A stretch of 64,000 bases of DNA from an uncultured candidate division Zixibacteria bacterium (GCA_963801605.1 CAWDFP010000006.1:1216001-1280000); one strand, 5' to 3'; shown: positions 25,847 through 37,050, counted from the stretch's first letter. Program-made: numbers and translations. The notes: generated from the sequence alone by a model not told the origin.

Positions 25847-27200
25847 AACGTAGATTCAATACCTCTCGAGTTTGTTCAGTGAGCCTGAAATCATCCGAGA
25901 TCATTACCCCGGGAATCCAGGCGATATTCTTATCCGATAAAACTATTGGAACAATTTCTCTTTCATACTCGGGGATTTTTCGGTTAATGAAAATATCGGA
26001 TAACAGTTTATGTCCTTTCATCCCCAGCGGCCTGATCTTATCACCGTCCTGCCAGAATCTGGCCGTAATATCCCCCAACTTCTCCTGATCGAGATAGATA
26101 TTCAAATTACTTTGGTCGAGTTTTTCGATCCTGTCGCGCTTCACGATTTTGGCTTCAATAAGGCCTTCGGGAAACTCCGTTTTTCCCGGGATTGCCAGCC
26201 GGTAGTTGCCTTTGCCTGCTTGAGGTTTTAAGATTGCAATCCCGCCCTGGGATTTTTCGATGCAAATTCCTTGTGTTAGTGGCGCTTTTCGCCCGCTTTC
26301 TCCGTTAACGATGCTCAAGGCTCGGGAAATACTTTGAGACGATAGGCTATGGATGTCCCCGCTCAGGATCCTAAAGGCCTCCTTGATCACCTTTTTTATC
26401 AAACTTTTATCATATTGCACAAGTTTCCCTAAATCAAGGACTATTTTGCTCTTACCGCTCTCAAGCAGTGCTGCCTTATAGGCTAATACCGTCAAATTGG
26501 CATTAAATTCAACCTCATCCGAAACTATCTCACTTAGCCGCATGATATTTTGTCTGGCGCCGGAGTTTATTTTCTCTAACTCTGGGATAACCTTCAGCCG
26601 GATACGGTTTCGCGAATAATCAAGCGAGCGATTGGATTTATCCTGTATAAATCTGATTTTTTGCACTTTCAGCCATTCAAGCAGTTCCGCTTTTTCAATA
26701 TCCAATAGCGGACGAATAATCTTGCCTCGTTTTCGGGGTATTCCGGCCAGGCCGGAAAGGCCGCTGCCTCTAATCATGTTGAAAATGACCGTTTCCACGG
26801 TGTCATCGAGCGTATGGCCGGTGGCAATTTTATCACATCTATATTTTTCCGTCAAAGAATCGAAATAATCATATCGAGCCTTACGGCCGGCTTCTTCAAC
26901 CGAAAGCTTATTGCGCCCGGCCAGCGCAGGGATATCAAGGCGTTTGGAATGAAACTTGATATGGAGATTGCGGCATGCTTCCTTGCAAAATTTCTGGTCT
27001 TTTGCCGACGTTGGCCTGATGGTATGATCCAGATGAGCGGCGGCCAACTTTATATCGTATTTAGCCTTAAGCGAATTAAGGAGATGCAAAAGCGCCATCG
27101 AATCAGGACCGCCCGATAGGGCTATAAGGATATGGTCCCCTTTTGAGAAAAGGGAATATTTTTTAATAGCCTGCTCGATCTTATAAACGATATCTACCAT
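25827..27200 (-). CDS. tilS: tRNA(Ile)-lysidine synthase
   Basis: ALSGGPDS, AAHLDH, ARY, TGHTLDD, RNRIR. Confidence 0.95.
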   Translation of the reverse strand: MVDIVYKIEQAIKKYSLFSKGDHILIALSGGPDSMALLHLLNSLKAKYDIKLAAAHLDHTIRPTSAKDQKFCKEACRNLHIKFHSKRLDIPALAGRNKLSVEEAGRKARYDYFDSLTEKYRCDKIATGHTLDDTVETVIFNMIRGSGLSGLAGIPRKRGKIIRPLLDIEKAELLEWLKVQKIRFIQDKSNRSLDYSRNRIRLKVIPELEKINSGARQNIMRLSEIVSDEVEFNANLTVLAYKAALLESGKSKIVLDLGKLVQYDKSLIKKVIKEAFRILSGDIHSLSSQSISRALSIVNGESGRKAPLTQGICIEKSQGGIAILKPQAGKGNYRLAIPGKTEFPEGLIEAKIVKRDRIEKLDQSNLNIYLDQEKLGDITARFWQDGDKIRPLGMKGHKLLSDIFINRKIPEYEREIVPIVLSDKNIAWIPGVMISDDFRLTEQTREVLNLRYARFDN

Positions 27201-27314
27201 TGATACAAATTAACAAAATTGGCCCATGAAGTCAATTGCGGATATGGAGGAAATCGAATGCAATCTGGCTGCCAGTTCGATAACATTCGTTCGGGGCGAA
27301 TAGGAATATCAAGG

Positions 27315-29492
27315 CTATCTCAATAGCACCATCTTTCGCGCCGTCTGGTTCCGTCCTTCGATGATATAGAAATAAACCCCCGAGGACGCATCCCTGGCAT
27401 CCCAGATCAATTCATGCTTTCCCGCGGATTGAAAGCCCGTTTCGAGTGCAGCTACTTTGCGTCCCAGGATATCATAGATCTCAAGCGTCACCTCAGTGGC
27501 GTTAGGAAGATAATAGCTTATCGTCGTCTGCGCGTTGAACGGGTTGGGGTAGTTTTGTAAAAGCGTAAATTCTTTCGGCGTGTTCGGAATTTCCCGCGTC
27601 TCTATGCCCGTTGGCGCGCCCCAACGAAGATGCTGAAGAGAGTAGTAGTCTGAGGCAAAAAAGTTATTGCCGATTGTACATACCTGATTGATAACGTTGC
27701 CGGTAGAGTAGCCGCCTTTATATTGAAGATCATTGTAAGGCATATAATTGAAAGTAAAAATCTTTATTCCATTGACACCATCGGCGATATAAAGAGTATC
27801 GTTTGAGGAATAAATTTGCTTTACGTCGGAGAAGTACTCAGGGCCGAGGAATGCCAGGCTGTCGAACGTGTTGATATCAAAAATATGGGTGCCATGACGG
27901 CCCGAGGCCCAAATTATGGCATTTAATATATCAAGATTTTGCAAAGTATCCGCTGGCAATTGCAATTCCAGCTCTATTACTGGTAGAGTAGGGTTGGCGG
28001 CGTTAATCTTAACCAACTTCGCCAAATTCTCCTCGAGAAGAACCGAGGTGTTTAGATACTGCCCTATCGATGTCAGGCTGCCTGCGGGAAAGTCCATACG
28101 CGAGAGGATGGCCATGCCGTTTAGAGAATCATAATCGATGACATAATATGATTGATCGGTTATGGCAAACAAGAGGCTGTCGTAAGCCGCGCAATCCAAA
28201 ATCTCAGCCTCAAAACCGATTAGGAAATGGCTGACCACCGGCTGGGCCGGATTCGCCAGGTTGACCTGGAAAATTCTATCCCGGCAAAAACAGATTGCAG
28301 ATGAGCCGATAGTTATAATTTTGGTAGGCTCTACTCCATCCAATGCTGCAATGAGATTCAGTTGATTTGACTGATCAATCTCGTGCACTAACAGCTCCCC
28401 GCCATTAGATTCCGCGCCAGAAAGAATGTAATTGCCATAGGTGGCAGTGGAGAGGATGCCATAGTGCTCTGGGCCGGTAGAGGCTAAAAGGGGCATCTGT
28501 ATATTATATGAAAAGGTAGCTTGATAAATATCTATTGAATGGATTTGATCTTTAATAAAATACTGATTATTGTATATTTCAAAATTGCAGTTAATTCCCA
28601 AAGTATTCGGTGACAGGGGACCCAATATTGACATATTACTATAGGAAAAGACGTCACCTACATCCGTAAATATATCTGAAAATGCATATCCGTATTTGGT
28701 ACATTGGTATTCAATGGGATCAGAAAAGGGATAACCGGTAATATCTCGCCAAGCGCTGTCTGGCAAAAATTGATAAAAAAGTAATCCGCTACTAAACATT
28801 ACGGTCGAATATCCTATTGCCAAAGTATCACCGTTTCCTTGAGTCATTCCATAGGACACAGAGCCAACGCTAACCGTGTCGGAATATCCCAGGACTATAT
28901 TATCAGGCATTCTTATATCATAAATATCATAATAGATGACAGATATAACGAGAATATAGTATTCCGCATATACTATTACCAAAGGCGATTGTTACAAAAA
29001 TTCCATGAGGTATGCTTCTATATAATGAAATTGAGAAACTAATGTTGGATTATTGATATCGCTGATACTATATGTCCTGATAGAATCATCATTCGAAACG
29101 GCGAATAAATAATTACCCGCTAATTTCCAATTGAGCATGCCCAATAAGGAAATATGACCTGCAACTCGCGTGCTATCAAAATCTGCGAAATCGACCAAAC
29201 TTAATTCGCCAGATTCGGCTTTCGCCATCAGCCGTCTCTGAAAATCTATCTGGTCAAAACCCGAGACCTCCTCGCGGCCGATAAATACCGGATTGGACGG
29301 ATCGGCTATGTAATAGCGCTCCACACCGTGACCATTAAGCGTATTAACATAAAGTGTATCGCCGTCAAGGGCCAACTTGCCGTATCCCGACGGCCATAAA
29401 GTATTGATATGATCTATTTCATTTTGGGCAATTGCCGGATAGGTAAATATAAAAAGCGCACAAATGATTTTGATAATCTTACACATGCGCAT
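27315..29492 (-). CDS. Secreted LVIVD/beta-propeller-repeat protein with FlgD/T9SS-like C-terminal domain; interrupted by an in-frame TAA at 28992-28994
   Basis: Signal peptide in ORF 28992-29492, repeats such as IADPSNP, ISDINNP and LYIADG, C-terminal QNYPNPFN...SSGVYFY; both ORFs are in the same frame. Confidence 0.7.
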
Positions 29493-29569
29493 CTCCAGTT
29501 TTATTTAGTGGCCTGCAAGTAAATAATATGATTCGTGGAGATACTTGTCAAGCTATATTTTAGTCTATT

Positions 29570-29595
29570 GTAGGTTAGTTCGCCCGCAACCTGAC
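29570..29595 (+). repeat. Degenerate GTAG-headed REP-like palindrome
   Basis: GTAGGTTAGTTCGCCCGCAACCTGAC is 21/26 identical to the copy at 39035-39060. Confidence 0.55.
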
Positions 29596-29601
29596 TTTTT
29601 A

Positions 29602-29877
29602 TTACCCGCCAATTACCACCGTCCAGGGCCGAACCTGCCATTTGGTAATCAGGCCTTGCGTCACATAGATATCATTTTTCGCAAAGTTTTCGGCGACTGC
29701 GGGGCTAACTCCCTTGAATATGAGAACTGCAGTATCGGTGGGGTCCGCCAGCGCTCCGGCCAGCAGCAGCTCTCCTCTGTCATGAGCCGCGGTGGCATAT
29801 TTCAGATGAGTGTCGCGGAAAGGTACGCGTTTTTCGATGTAGTTATCGACTGTCGTATAAAAGAGTATGTAATACAT
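29602..29877 (-). CDS. YciI family protein
   Basis: R..HL.Y, LLAGALADP, A..F...D.Y...G pattern; RBS GAGGAG. Confidence 0.85.
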   Translation of the reverse strand: MYYILFYTTVDNYIEKRVPFRDTHLKYATAAHDRGELLLAGALADPTDTAVLIFKGVSPAVAENFAKNDIYVTQGLITKWQVRPWTVVIGG

Positions 29878-29921
29878 TCAAATTTCTCCTCGTTTTTTCG
29901 GATGATAAATCAGGGACGTCC

Positions 29922-31373
29922 CTACTTCACCAACACTAACTTGATAGAGCTCCGCCTTTGCCCGTTTTCAAGCCGCGCAAAATATACCCCTGACGATTGA
30001 CCATTCCCGTTCCACAAGACCTTGTGCTCGCCAGCGTTTTGATTGCCATCGCGTAGCGTAGCCACCATCTGTCCCGTCAGATTGTATATCGTTAGCCTCA
30101 CATCACCTGGCCCGGTAAGGTTGTAACGAATCAGCGTACTGCCGTTAAATGGGTTGGGATAGCACTCCAGCAGCGCTGTCCTTTCCGGTATCGGTTCATC
30201 TTCGATCCCCTGAGTGGGGATCATGATACTTATCTGCGATTCGCTGTCCGGTTCCGAATATTGCCCGCAGGATGTTCGCGCGAAAACCGTGTAATAATAA
30301 CGCACTCCGGGCGTGAGCGTATCGCCGATCAACTCCTGGCCCGGTCCCTCATAAACGATATCGCCGTCAAACGGCGTCTGCGGAAAACCGGTGGTGCTCC
30401 TGTGAAGAATCGCCTCTGTAAAAACACTCATCCAGACCGGGTTTGTCCAGCCAATATCGGCTTTTCCATCGATAGTGTCAGCATGGATGCCTATTACCTT
30501 AAGCCCCGGGATGTAGAAACGGTTGGCAGCGCCGCGGCTTGGAAAACCATCATTGAAACTGAACGATGTAATATCATTGTAGCCCCAGAAAGCTCGAGAC
30601 CAATTCTGTCGAGTTGTATCACCATCGGGGTAGCGCATAAAAGAAACATCCGCGCCATGATCGCTTGACCACCCAACCTGATCAACCAGGCAACTATCGG
30701 TATCAATTAAATAAATATTATCAGCTTCAAAATCCATATCGAAAATGGACGGGAAATTATTTTCATCTAAGACATAATATCCATGAGGGCCGATTCTGGC
30801 ATTCTCGGGTAAATTGTATATAGTATCACAAACAATTTTCCAATCTGCAAGATTGACCTCGCTATTAGTAATATTATAAAGCTCCACGAAATTGCATCTA
30901 TTAGCCCAATCGCAATGGGAATTTATTTCATTGATCACCACCTGATTTCCTCCATGGTACGACCATACGAAATCGAAGCTCAGGCAATAGAGCATTGGAG
31001 AATACAATTTGCGATCAACTGAATAACCTTTGATGGGTGGAGTGCTTATATCCCACGTACCCCATTTAACCGGTTCCATTCCAGGAAGATTTGTTGTTAA
31101 TGAATCTGTTTCTGAATTGAAAACAAATCCGGAGGTATTAGAAGAATCAAGTATGATAGAATAAGAGGAATTTACTCCTGAATCAATTAAGGCTATTCCT
31201 GTTGACGTATATATGGTATCGCCGGAAAGATCAGTCGGCTGATATGTACGAATGCGAAATTCTGGCGGATATGCCCTTACATACTCGATATAAAATGGCG
31301 GCAACGGATTTGCCATCGCTCCATTCATGGCAAACATGCCCGCCAAAAGAATAAGTATCAGCAATCTTTTCAT
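29922..31373 (-). CDS. Secreted protein with lamin-tail-like domain, FN3-like domain and FlgD/T9SS-like C-terminal domain
   Basis: Signal peptide, VVINEI...FVELYN, YYYTVFA, CYPNPFN...SSGVYF. Confidence 0.75.
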   Translation of the reverse strand: MKRLLILILLAGMFAMNGAMANPLPPFYIEYVRAYPPEFRIRTYQPTDLSGDTIYTSTGIALIDSGVNSSYSIILDSSNTSGFVFNSETDSLTTNLPGMEPVKWGTWDISTPPIKGYSVDRKLYSPMLYCLSFDFVWSYHGGNQVVINEINSHCDWANRCNFVELYNITNSEVNLADWKIVCDTIYNLPENARIGPHGYYVLDENNFPSIFDMDFEADNIYLIDTDSCLVDQVGWSSDHGADVSFMRYPDGDTTRQNWSRAFWGYNDITSFSFNDGFPSRGAANRFYIPGLKVIGIHADTIDGKADIGWTNPVWMSVFTEAILHRSTTGFPQTPFDGDIVYEGPGQELIGDTLTPGVRYYYTVFARTSCGQYSEPDSESQISIMIPTQGIEDEPIPERTALLECYPNPFNGSTLIRYNLTGPGDVRLTIYNLTGQMVATLRDGNQNAGEHKVLWNGNGQSSGVYFARLENGQRRSSIKLVLVK

Positions 31374-31394
31374 AACCCCAAACCTCCGTCAAAT

Positions 31395-32003
31395 CTATTT
31401 TGACTTCCAGCTTATCACCATATCTCTATTAGGCATAAAATTAGTACGACGCGCCAGATATTCGCAATTGTCACCCTTTATTATCGAACTGTCCGGCTCG
31501 GGCCAGGCCTGGACGTCCTTAAAACGCTTAGGTATGATAAATCTATAGGCGGCATCTTCTAATGGTTTTCCCCAGGCGTTTGTGGACGTTATTATATAGA
31601 CCGCTCTATTGCTTTTTATCTTCTGGCTATAATCCAAATGCCAAACTGTAATGCCATTCGCTTTTATCGGGATGGAGATCCTCACCGCATTTTTCATTCT
31701 TGATGATCTAATATCCAGCTTGCTTGTATCGGCGCCGTTCAAGACATAAGCATACATCGAATCGGGGAATAGGCTCAAGCTATCGACATAAAATGGAAAT
31801 ATAATCGGTATAATTCCGTCACGATCAGTATTGCTGCGAAAATAATAGATACCCGACACGTTGGATACACCCTCACCAACCGTAAGCGTTATCTCTTCTT
31901 TGAAAAAATCGAGAAGAGGAGTATCCGGTATCGGCTGTTTATCCTGGGCAAGGCAAACCGCGATGGAACTCAGCAAAATCAAGATACAAATCGATTTTAT
32001 CAC
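31395..32003 (-). CDS. Secreted hypothetical protein (DUF4424-like)
   Basis: Signal peptide; E.I.L, Y.F and YIITSTNAWGKPL resemble DUF4424 (from memory). Confidence 0.55.
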   Translation of the reverse strand: MIKSICILILLSSIAVCLAQDKQPIPDTPLLDFFKEEITLTVGEGVSNVSGIYYFRSNTDRDGIIPIIFPFYVDSLSLFPDSMYAYVLNGADTSKLDIRSSRMKNAVRISIPIKANGITVWHLDYSQKIKSNRAVYIITSTNAWGKPLEDAAYRFIIPKRFKDVQAWPEPDSSIIKGDNCEYLARRTNFMPNRDMVISWKSK

Positions 32004-32459
32004 TATTCATTCTCCGGGCAAAAAGCGGTTTTGAATATCAAAATAATTATAATTATCGTAGGTAGGCTTGTCAATAAATATTGTTATCGCAAAACTGCCT
32101 GTCGATGATTTGGGCCGGCAGGGCAAATTATATCCCAATTGTGCAGCCTGTATTTTTTATCCACGATGAATTTTCAATATTTATTATGAAAATGAATATT
32201 AATATCAAAATAATCCTTGACCGGAAACATAACTTTGAATTATCATGTTTTTATGACAAATTAGTAAAGGATGACTGATATGGTTTTTCCGCAAATGTTA
32301 AGAAGTCCGATATTGGGAATCGCTCCAATAAAAATCCCGATTAAATCTTTCAAATCATCTACATCATTTTCTATAGGCAAAAAACGCGGAGATCAAATCA
32401 TATCCTCGTCCATTTGTGCCAATTTTATAGCTTAGTACAGTGTTAAAAGGAGGGAAGCG

Positions 32460-32882
32460 ATGAGCAGAGAACAAATTTACGCCGAAATCAAGGAAATGCT
32501 GGGATTGGTACCCGGTTTCCTAAAAGCTATTCCCGATTCCTCATTGGAACTCGAATGGCGGCTTTTTAAGAGAGTGCAATTCGAAGAGGGGCCCATTCCA
32601 AACAAATATCGCGAATTGATTGGACTGGGCATCGCGGCCGCCACCAAGTGTCGTTATTGCGCCTTATTCCATACCGAGGCGGCCAGGCTAAATGGCGCCA
32701 CCGAGGCCGAAATCGAGGATGCTGTGCATTTCGCTAAGTCCAGCGCCGGCTGGAGCGCGTATATCAACGGCTTGCAGATCGATTACGACGAATTCAAGAA
32801 TGAGGTTCGTCAGATTACCAACTATATCCGTAACAATGCGCCGCAGGAAAAAGTAATGCAGACTGCCAAAATGGGAAGGTAA
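32460..32882 (+). CDS. Carboxymuconolactone decarboxylase / AhpD-like protein
   Basis: RELIGL...CRYC...H...GATEAEI; RBS AGGAGG. Confidence 0.88.
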   Translation: MSREQIYAEIKEMLGLVPGFLKAIPDSSLELEWRLFKRVQFEEGPIPNKYRELIGLGIAAATKCRYCALFHTEAARLNGATEAEIEDAVHFAKSSAGWSAYINGLQIDYDEFKNEVRQITNYIRNNAPQEKVMQTAKMGR

Positions 32883-33186
32883 ATCGAATTTACCCATAGT
32901 CACCGGCGCCAAATTAGGGCCGGCCTTGAGACGGCCGGAAATGAGAATCTGAATTAGGATTTCAGGAGGGGAATTCTTCAGATCGTTTGGCTCATTAAAT
33001 TGGGTAAGCGATCCAAAATTTGGCGTGAATTAGAAGGGAGAAATTAGATACGAGTTTTCACCGGGGGAGAGAATATTTAGATTTCTCCCCCGCAGCATTA
33101 AAAAATCATTTTATGGTTGAATGTTCAAATTTACCTCCTAATTGAGCGTAGAACATTCATACCAAACATTAAAAAGGGAGGGCGTA

Positions 33187-33504
33187 ATGGGTAATCAGCA
33201 GAAAACTGAAACCCGGATTCGCGAAGAAAACAGAACCATGGTTAAAAATTGGTATCTGGTGACATCACCACATACTCAGGAGGAATGCATGCAGGCGCTG
33301 GACAAAGTAGCATCTTTGGGCCAGCAAAACGCATCCCAATGGAAATGGGGCTGCATGTCGGGTGACCATACCGGATATGCCTTTGTTCATGCCGATAGTC
33401 CGGAACAAGCCTTGAAAATGGTTCCTGATATTATCAGGGAAAAAGCCAAAGTAGAAAAGGTAAACGAGTTTACGGTCGATCAAATCAGGGCTATGCATAA
33501 GTAG
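33187..33504 (+). CDS. Small hypothetical protein with HxxxxC and WGCxxGDH motifs
   Basis: RBS GGGAGG before ATG 33187 (alternative start 33238); followed by a terminator. Confidence 0.65.
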   Translation: MGNQQKTETRIREENRTMVKNWYLVTSPHTQEECMQALDKVASLGQQNASQWKWGCMSGDHTGYAFVHADSPEQALKMVPDIIREKAKVEKVNEFTVDQIRAMHK

Positions 33505-33535
33505 TCCGATAATTTATTCCACATTGTAATCGCAG

Positions 33536-33560
33536 GGAGGAGTCGAAACAAAACTCCTCC
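33536..33560 (+). terminator. Putative intrinsic terminator
   Basis: GGAGGAGT-loop-ACTCCTCC followed by TATCATTTT. Confidence 0.6.
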
Positions 33561-33673
33561 TATCATTTTCTCCCAAATTAGAGATAAAGTACTGTCAAAT
33601 TAATATATCCTTGCTCCTCTTTTCATAAGACTATCAGCGGTTAAGGCTATAACGGCGTAATTGGCGATAAGGC

Positions 33674-33701
33674 TTGACAATAGAAGAGCCCGTCATATCT
33701 T
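33674..33701 (+). promoter_or_regulatory. Sigma-70-like promoter
   Basis: TTGACA-16 nt-TATCTT; implies the true start is ATG 33760. Confidence 0.45.
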
Positions 33702-33759
33702 TACGCCGAATGAGTTCTGTATTCAATTGAACAAACCCGGAGCCATTCAGGCGGATCGA

Positions 33760-36700
33760 ATGTCATTATTCAAGCCTCAATTGTTAAATCTCTCTAAAAA
33801 TACTTCGATTTTTATAATCCTGATTTTTCCGATTCTATCAATCGTATCCCGCGGAAATGCCGCAGAAAAAGATATATGGGCTAAGGATCATTCGGAGAGC
33901 CTCATGCCCAAAGGGTCTGAATTGGACGAACTCCTCAATTTTGGCGGTCCGGATAGTTATGGCTACTATTTTTTTGATTCGCAGGATAGCGCTGCCAACG
34001 CTCCTCATTACCGCTGGGTAGAATTGGCGGCAATCGGCGACAGCATAAATTTATATGAGGACGATCAGATATCCAGTTCACTTGCTATCGGCTTCCCGTT
34101 TTTCTTTTATAACCAGAACTTTACGACTTTTAGAATCTGCTCCAACGGTTGGATAAGTTTCAACTCGACAATCCCCAGCTATCAGAATCGTCCTATTCCC
34201 ACCGCCGACGAGCCCAATAATCTTTTGGCTGCTTTCTGGGACGACCTGGTGCAGGATTCCGGAATGGTCTATTATTATACCAATAATACCGATACCTGCA
34301 TTGTGGAATGGCGTAATTATCACCATTACAACGCCGTCGGCAATTACACTTTCGAAATAATTTTAACCCGTGACAACAGTATCCATTTCCAATATCAGCA
34401 TCTGAGTGGCATACTCGATTCACACACCATCGGCATCGAAAATTCATCCGGCTCATCGGGATTGCAATATGTCTACAATAGCTATCTTGATGAAACAGGC
34501 AGATCGGTTTACTTCGGTACACGCCCGCCGCATTATGCCACTCACGACGTCATGCCATCGGCAATCAGATCGCCCGGGGTCAGAGGTCTGGTGCGCATCG
34601 CAATTGCCCCCTCGATCAGATTCACCAACGCCGGAAACGTATCCGAAACTTTCGATGGCCGCGTAATAATTTCCCATAACGGCGAGCTTTACAATCAGGT
34701 CCGACATCTAACTTCACTTCGTTCCGACAGTTCTCTGCAAGTTTCATTTCCGGCATTCGCGCCGACCGACACCGGCTCTTATCAGATCGTGGCGATAAGC
34801 CAGTTGGCAACCGATTTACTGCCGCGCAACGATACGATCAGTATGTCCTATTTCGCTTATGGGGCCATGATATCGCAAAATTTCGAAACCAATTCCGGCT
34901 CATTTCTGGGCAACCACGATTGGCAATGGGGAACCGCTACGCGCGGGCCGAGTAGCGCTCATTCGGGCGTTAAGGTATGGGGAACGATATTGAACGGCAA
35001 TTATACGGTTGGTCCCCTGCTTTCGACTTTATATTCCGATACTCTTTTCTTAAGCGATAGCGCCATCCTTACATTCTGGCAATGGCATAACACCGAAGCC
35101 CTTTTCGATGGCGGCAATGTCAAGATTTCTACTGACGACGGCATTAACTGGACGCTCTTAACTCCCGAGGGCGGGTACGATGGAGTGCTTTCCAACGCTT
35201 TTGAAAACCCAATGGGGGGACAGCCGGCATTTTTCGGCATTTCGCCGGGCTGGATAATGGAAACTATCGATCTTTCATCGTATGCGGGTACAACCGCCAT
35301 AATAAGATTCGATTTCGGCTCGGATAATTCCGGGGTGTCAACCGGCTGGTATATTGATGATTTCGCTCTAATAGACGGAGGATTGGCAAAGCCCGGTTGG
35401 ATTAGTGGCGTTGTTAGAAATGATTCTGCCCGCGCCATTCCGGGGGCAATGATTCGAGCCGGAAATCGAAATCGTGCTGCCGATTCACTGGGCCGTTATT
35501 TTTTGGAAATCATTCCGGGGACCTATTCCGTTACAGCCTCCGCGCCGTATCATAATACTCTTACATCAAGTGGAATTGTGGTCTATGCCAGCGATACCAC
35601 ATCCCTTGATTTCGCTCTGACTGCTCCGCGTATCGCAGTAGATACCGCGGCTATCGATACCTCATTACGGCAGGAACAAACTATCGATTTTACTCGCCAG
35701 ATCACCAACAATGGAAGCGGCCCGCTTGATTTTAATATCAGAATAAATAGCGAAAATATCATCCCCAAGAACGGTCGGGGAAAGCTCGATGCGAATGGCA
35801 GAGATAACCCCGATAATCCGCCTCAAATTGCTGATTTCGGAGACGAGTCTTTCATATTCGATCCGCAGACTCCCACTCAGGATGACGGCTGCGTTGGAGT
35901 GGAGTTTGACGGCAAATATTTCTGGGTTACGGGACGGCATGGGATCGACGAGTTCCACAAGCTTCACAAATTCAACGCCTCCGGTGAACTAATTGAATCG
36001 TTTGAACAAAACACCCGCTCCGTGTGGGGCTGGCGAGATCTGGCTTTCGATGGCCGCTACCTGTATGCCTCCGATGAAAATGGGCTGGCCGTGATCGATA
36101 CTGCCACCGGGCAAAAAATTGACACTCTTCATGCTCCATCGGGCATTCCGTTGCCCTTGCGCGCCCTGGCTTATGATCCTCGAAATGATCATTTCTGGAC
36201 GGCCAACTTCTCATCCAACATTATTGAATTTGACCGTACCGGCCAAACGATCAGGTCTTTTCCCAATGACCGCCATATCTTCGGCCTGGCCTGGGATGAT
36301 GCCTCCATCGATGGCCCCTGGCTTTGGGTTTTCTCGCAGGATAGTATCCCGCCACTGAAAGTTTCGCAGTTTGATCCCAGAAATGGCGTCTTTACCAATG
36401 TCACCTTTAGCGCCATCGATCATAATGGAGGCGATCCTGATCTGGCAGGAGGCGCCTGTTTTACAACCGAGTGGAATCAGTCCAAAGGCATTTTATTTTG
36501 CATGGTTATGGGACGAACCGATCCTTTCAATATTTTAGACCGAGTTCAGGGATATGAAATCACTCCTGTTAGACGATGGTTGCGGGTAGATCCAATGTCC
36601 GGCACAATCGCACCCGGCGGCAGCCAGGATTTATCAATCTCATTAGATTTCAGTGATTCGCTCTTCACCGCCGATTCGCTCTATCGCGGCGCAATTTCTA

Positions 36701-37050
36701 TCCTCAATAATGGGCCATACTCCCCAACCATTCCAATCACTGTTGGTTTGCTTTCGGATGTTTTGGAGAATGGGCAGACTTTGCCTCGCGAATTCAGTCT
36801 GGAGCAGAACTACCCCAACCCGTTTAATTCCTCAACGATAATCAACTTCTCATTACCGCGAGAATCTGCTGTCAGGCTCGAGGTTTTTAATATCCTGGGG
36901 CAAAAGGTCGTAACTTTGATCGATAAGCGCCTTCAGTCGGGATATTACAGCGTAAATTGGGATGCCAACGACGTGGCATCAGGTGTCTACTATTATCATT
37001 TATCTGCCGATAACGCCTCTCAAATCGGCAAAATGACTCTTCTAAAATAA
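33760..37050 (+). CDS. Large multidomain secreted protein (beta-sandwich/immune-inhibitor-A-like, carboxypeptidase-regulatory-like and beta-propeller domains, FlgD/T9SS-like CTD)
   Basis: Signal peptide, GGPDSYGY, AAFWDDL, DGGNV.ISTD.G..W, GWYIDD, QNYPNPFN...ASGVYYY. Confidence 0.75.
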   Translation: MSLFKPQLLNLSKNTSIFIILIFPILSIVSRGNAAEKDIWAKDHSESLMPKGSELDELLNFGGPDSYGYYFFDSQDSAANAPHYRWVELAAIGDSINLYEDDQISSSLAIGFPFFFYNQNFTTFRICSNGWISFNSTIPSYQNRPIPTADEPNNLLAAFWDDLVQDSGMVYYYTNNTDTCIVEWRNYHHYNAVGNYTFEIILTRDNSIHFQYQHLSGILDSHTIGIENSSGSSGLQYVYNSYLDETGRSVYFGTRPPHYATHDVMPSAIRSPGVRGLVRIAIAPSIRFTNAGNVSETFDGRVIISHNGELYNQVRHLTSLRSDSSLQVSFPAFAPTDTGSYQIVAISQLATDLLPRNDTISMSYFAYGAMISQNFETNSGSFLGNHDWQWGTATRGPSSAHSGVKVWGTILNGNYTVGPLLSTLYSDTLFLSDSAILTFWQWHNTEALFDGGNVKISTDDGINWTLLTPEGGYDGVLSNAFENPMGGQPAFFGISPGWIMETIDLSSYAGTTAIIRFDFGSDNSGVSTGWYIDDFALIDGGLAKPGWISGVVRNDSARAIPGAMIRAGNRNRAADSLGRYFLEIIPGTYSVTASAPYHNTLTSSGIVVYASDTTSLDFALTAPRIAVDTAAIDTSLRQEQTIDFTRQITNNGSGPLDFNIRINSENIIPKNGRGKLDANGRDNPDNPPQIADFGDESFIFDPQTPTQDDGCVGVEFDGKYFWVTGRHGIDEFHKLHKFNASGELIESFEQNTRSVWGWRDLAFDGRYLYASDENGLAVIDTATGQKIDTLHAPSGIPLPLRALAYDPRNDHFWTANFSSNIIEFDRTGQTIRSFPNDRHIFGLAWDDASIDGPWLWVFSQDSIPPLKVSQFDPRNGVFTNVTFSAIDHNGGDPDLAGGACFTTEWNQSKGILFCMVMGRTDPFNILDRVQGYEITPVRRWLRVDPMSGTIAPGGSQDLSISLDFSDSLFTADSLYRGAISILNNGPYSPTIPITVGLLSDVLENGQTLPREFSLEQNYPNPFNSSTIINFSLPRESAVRLEVFNILGQKVVTLIDKRLQSGYYSVNWDANDVASGVYYYHLSADNASQIGKMTLLK

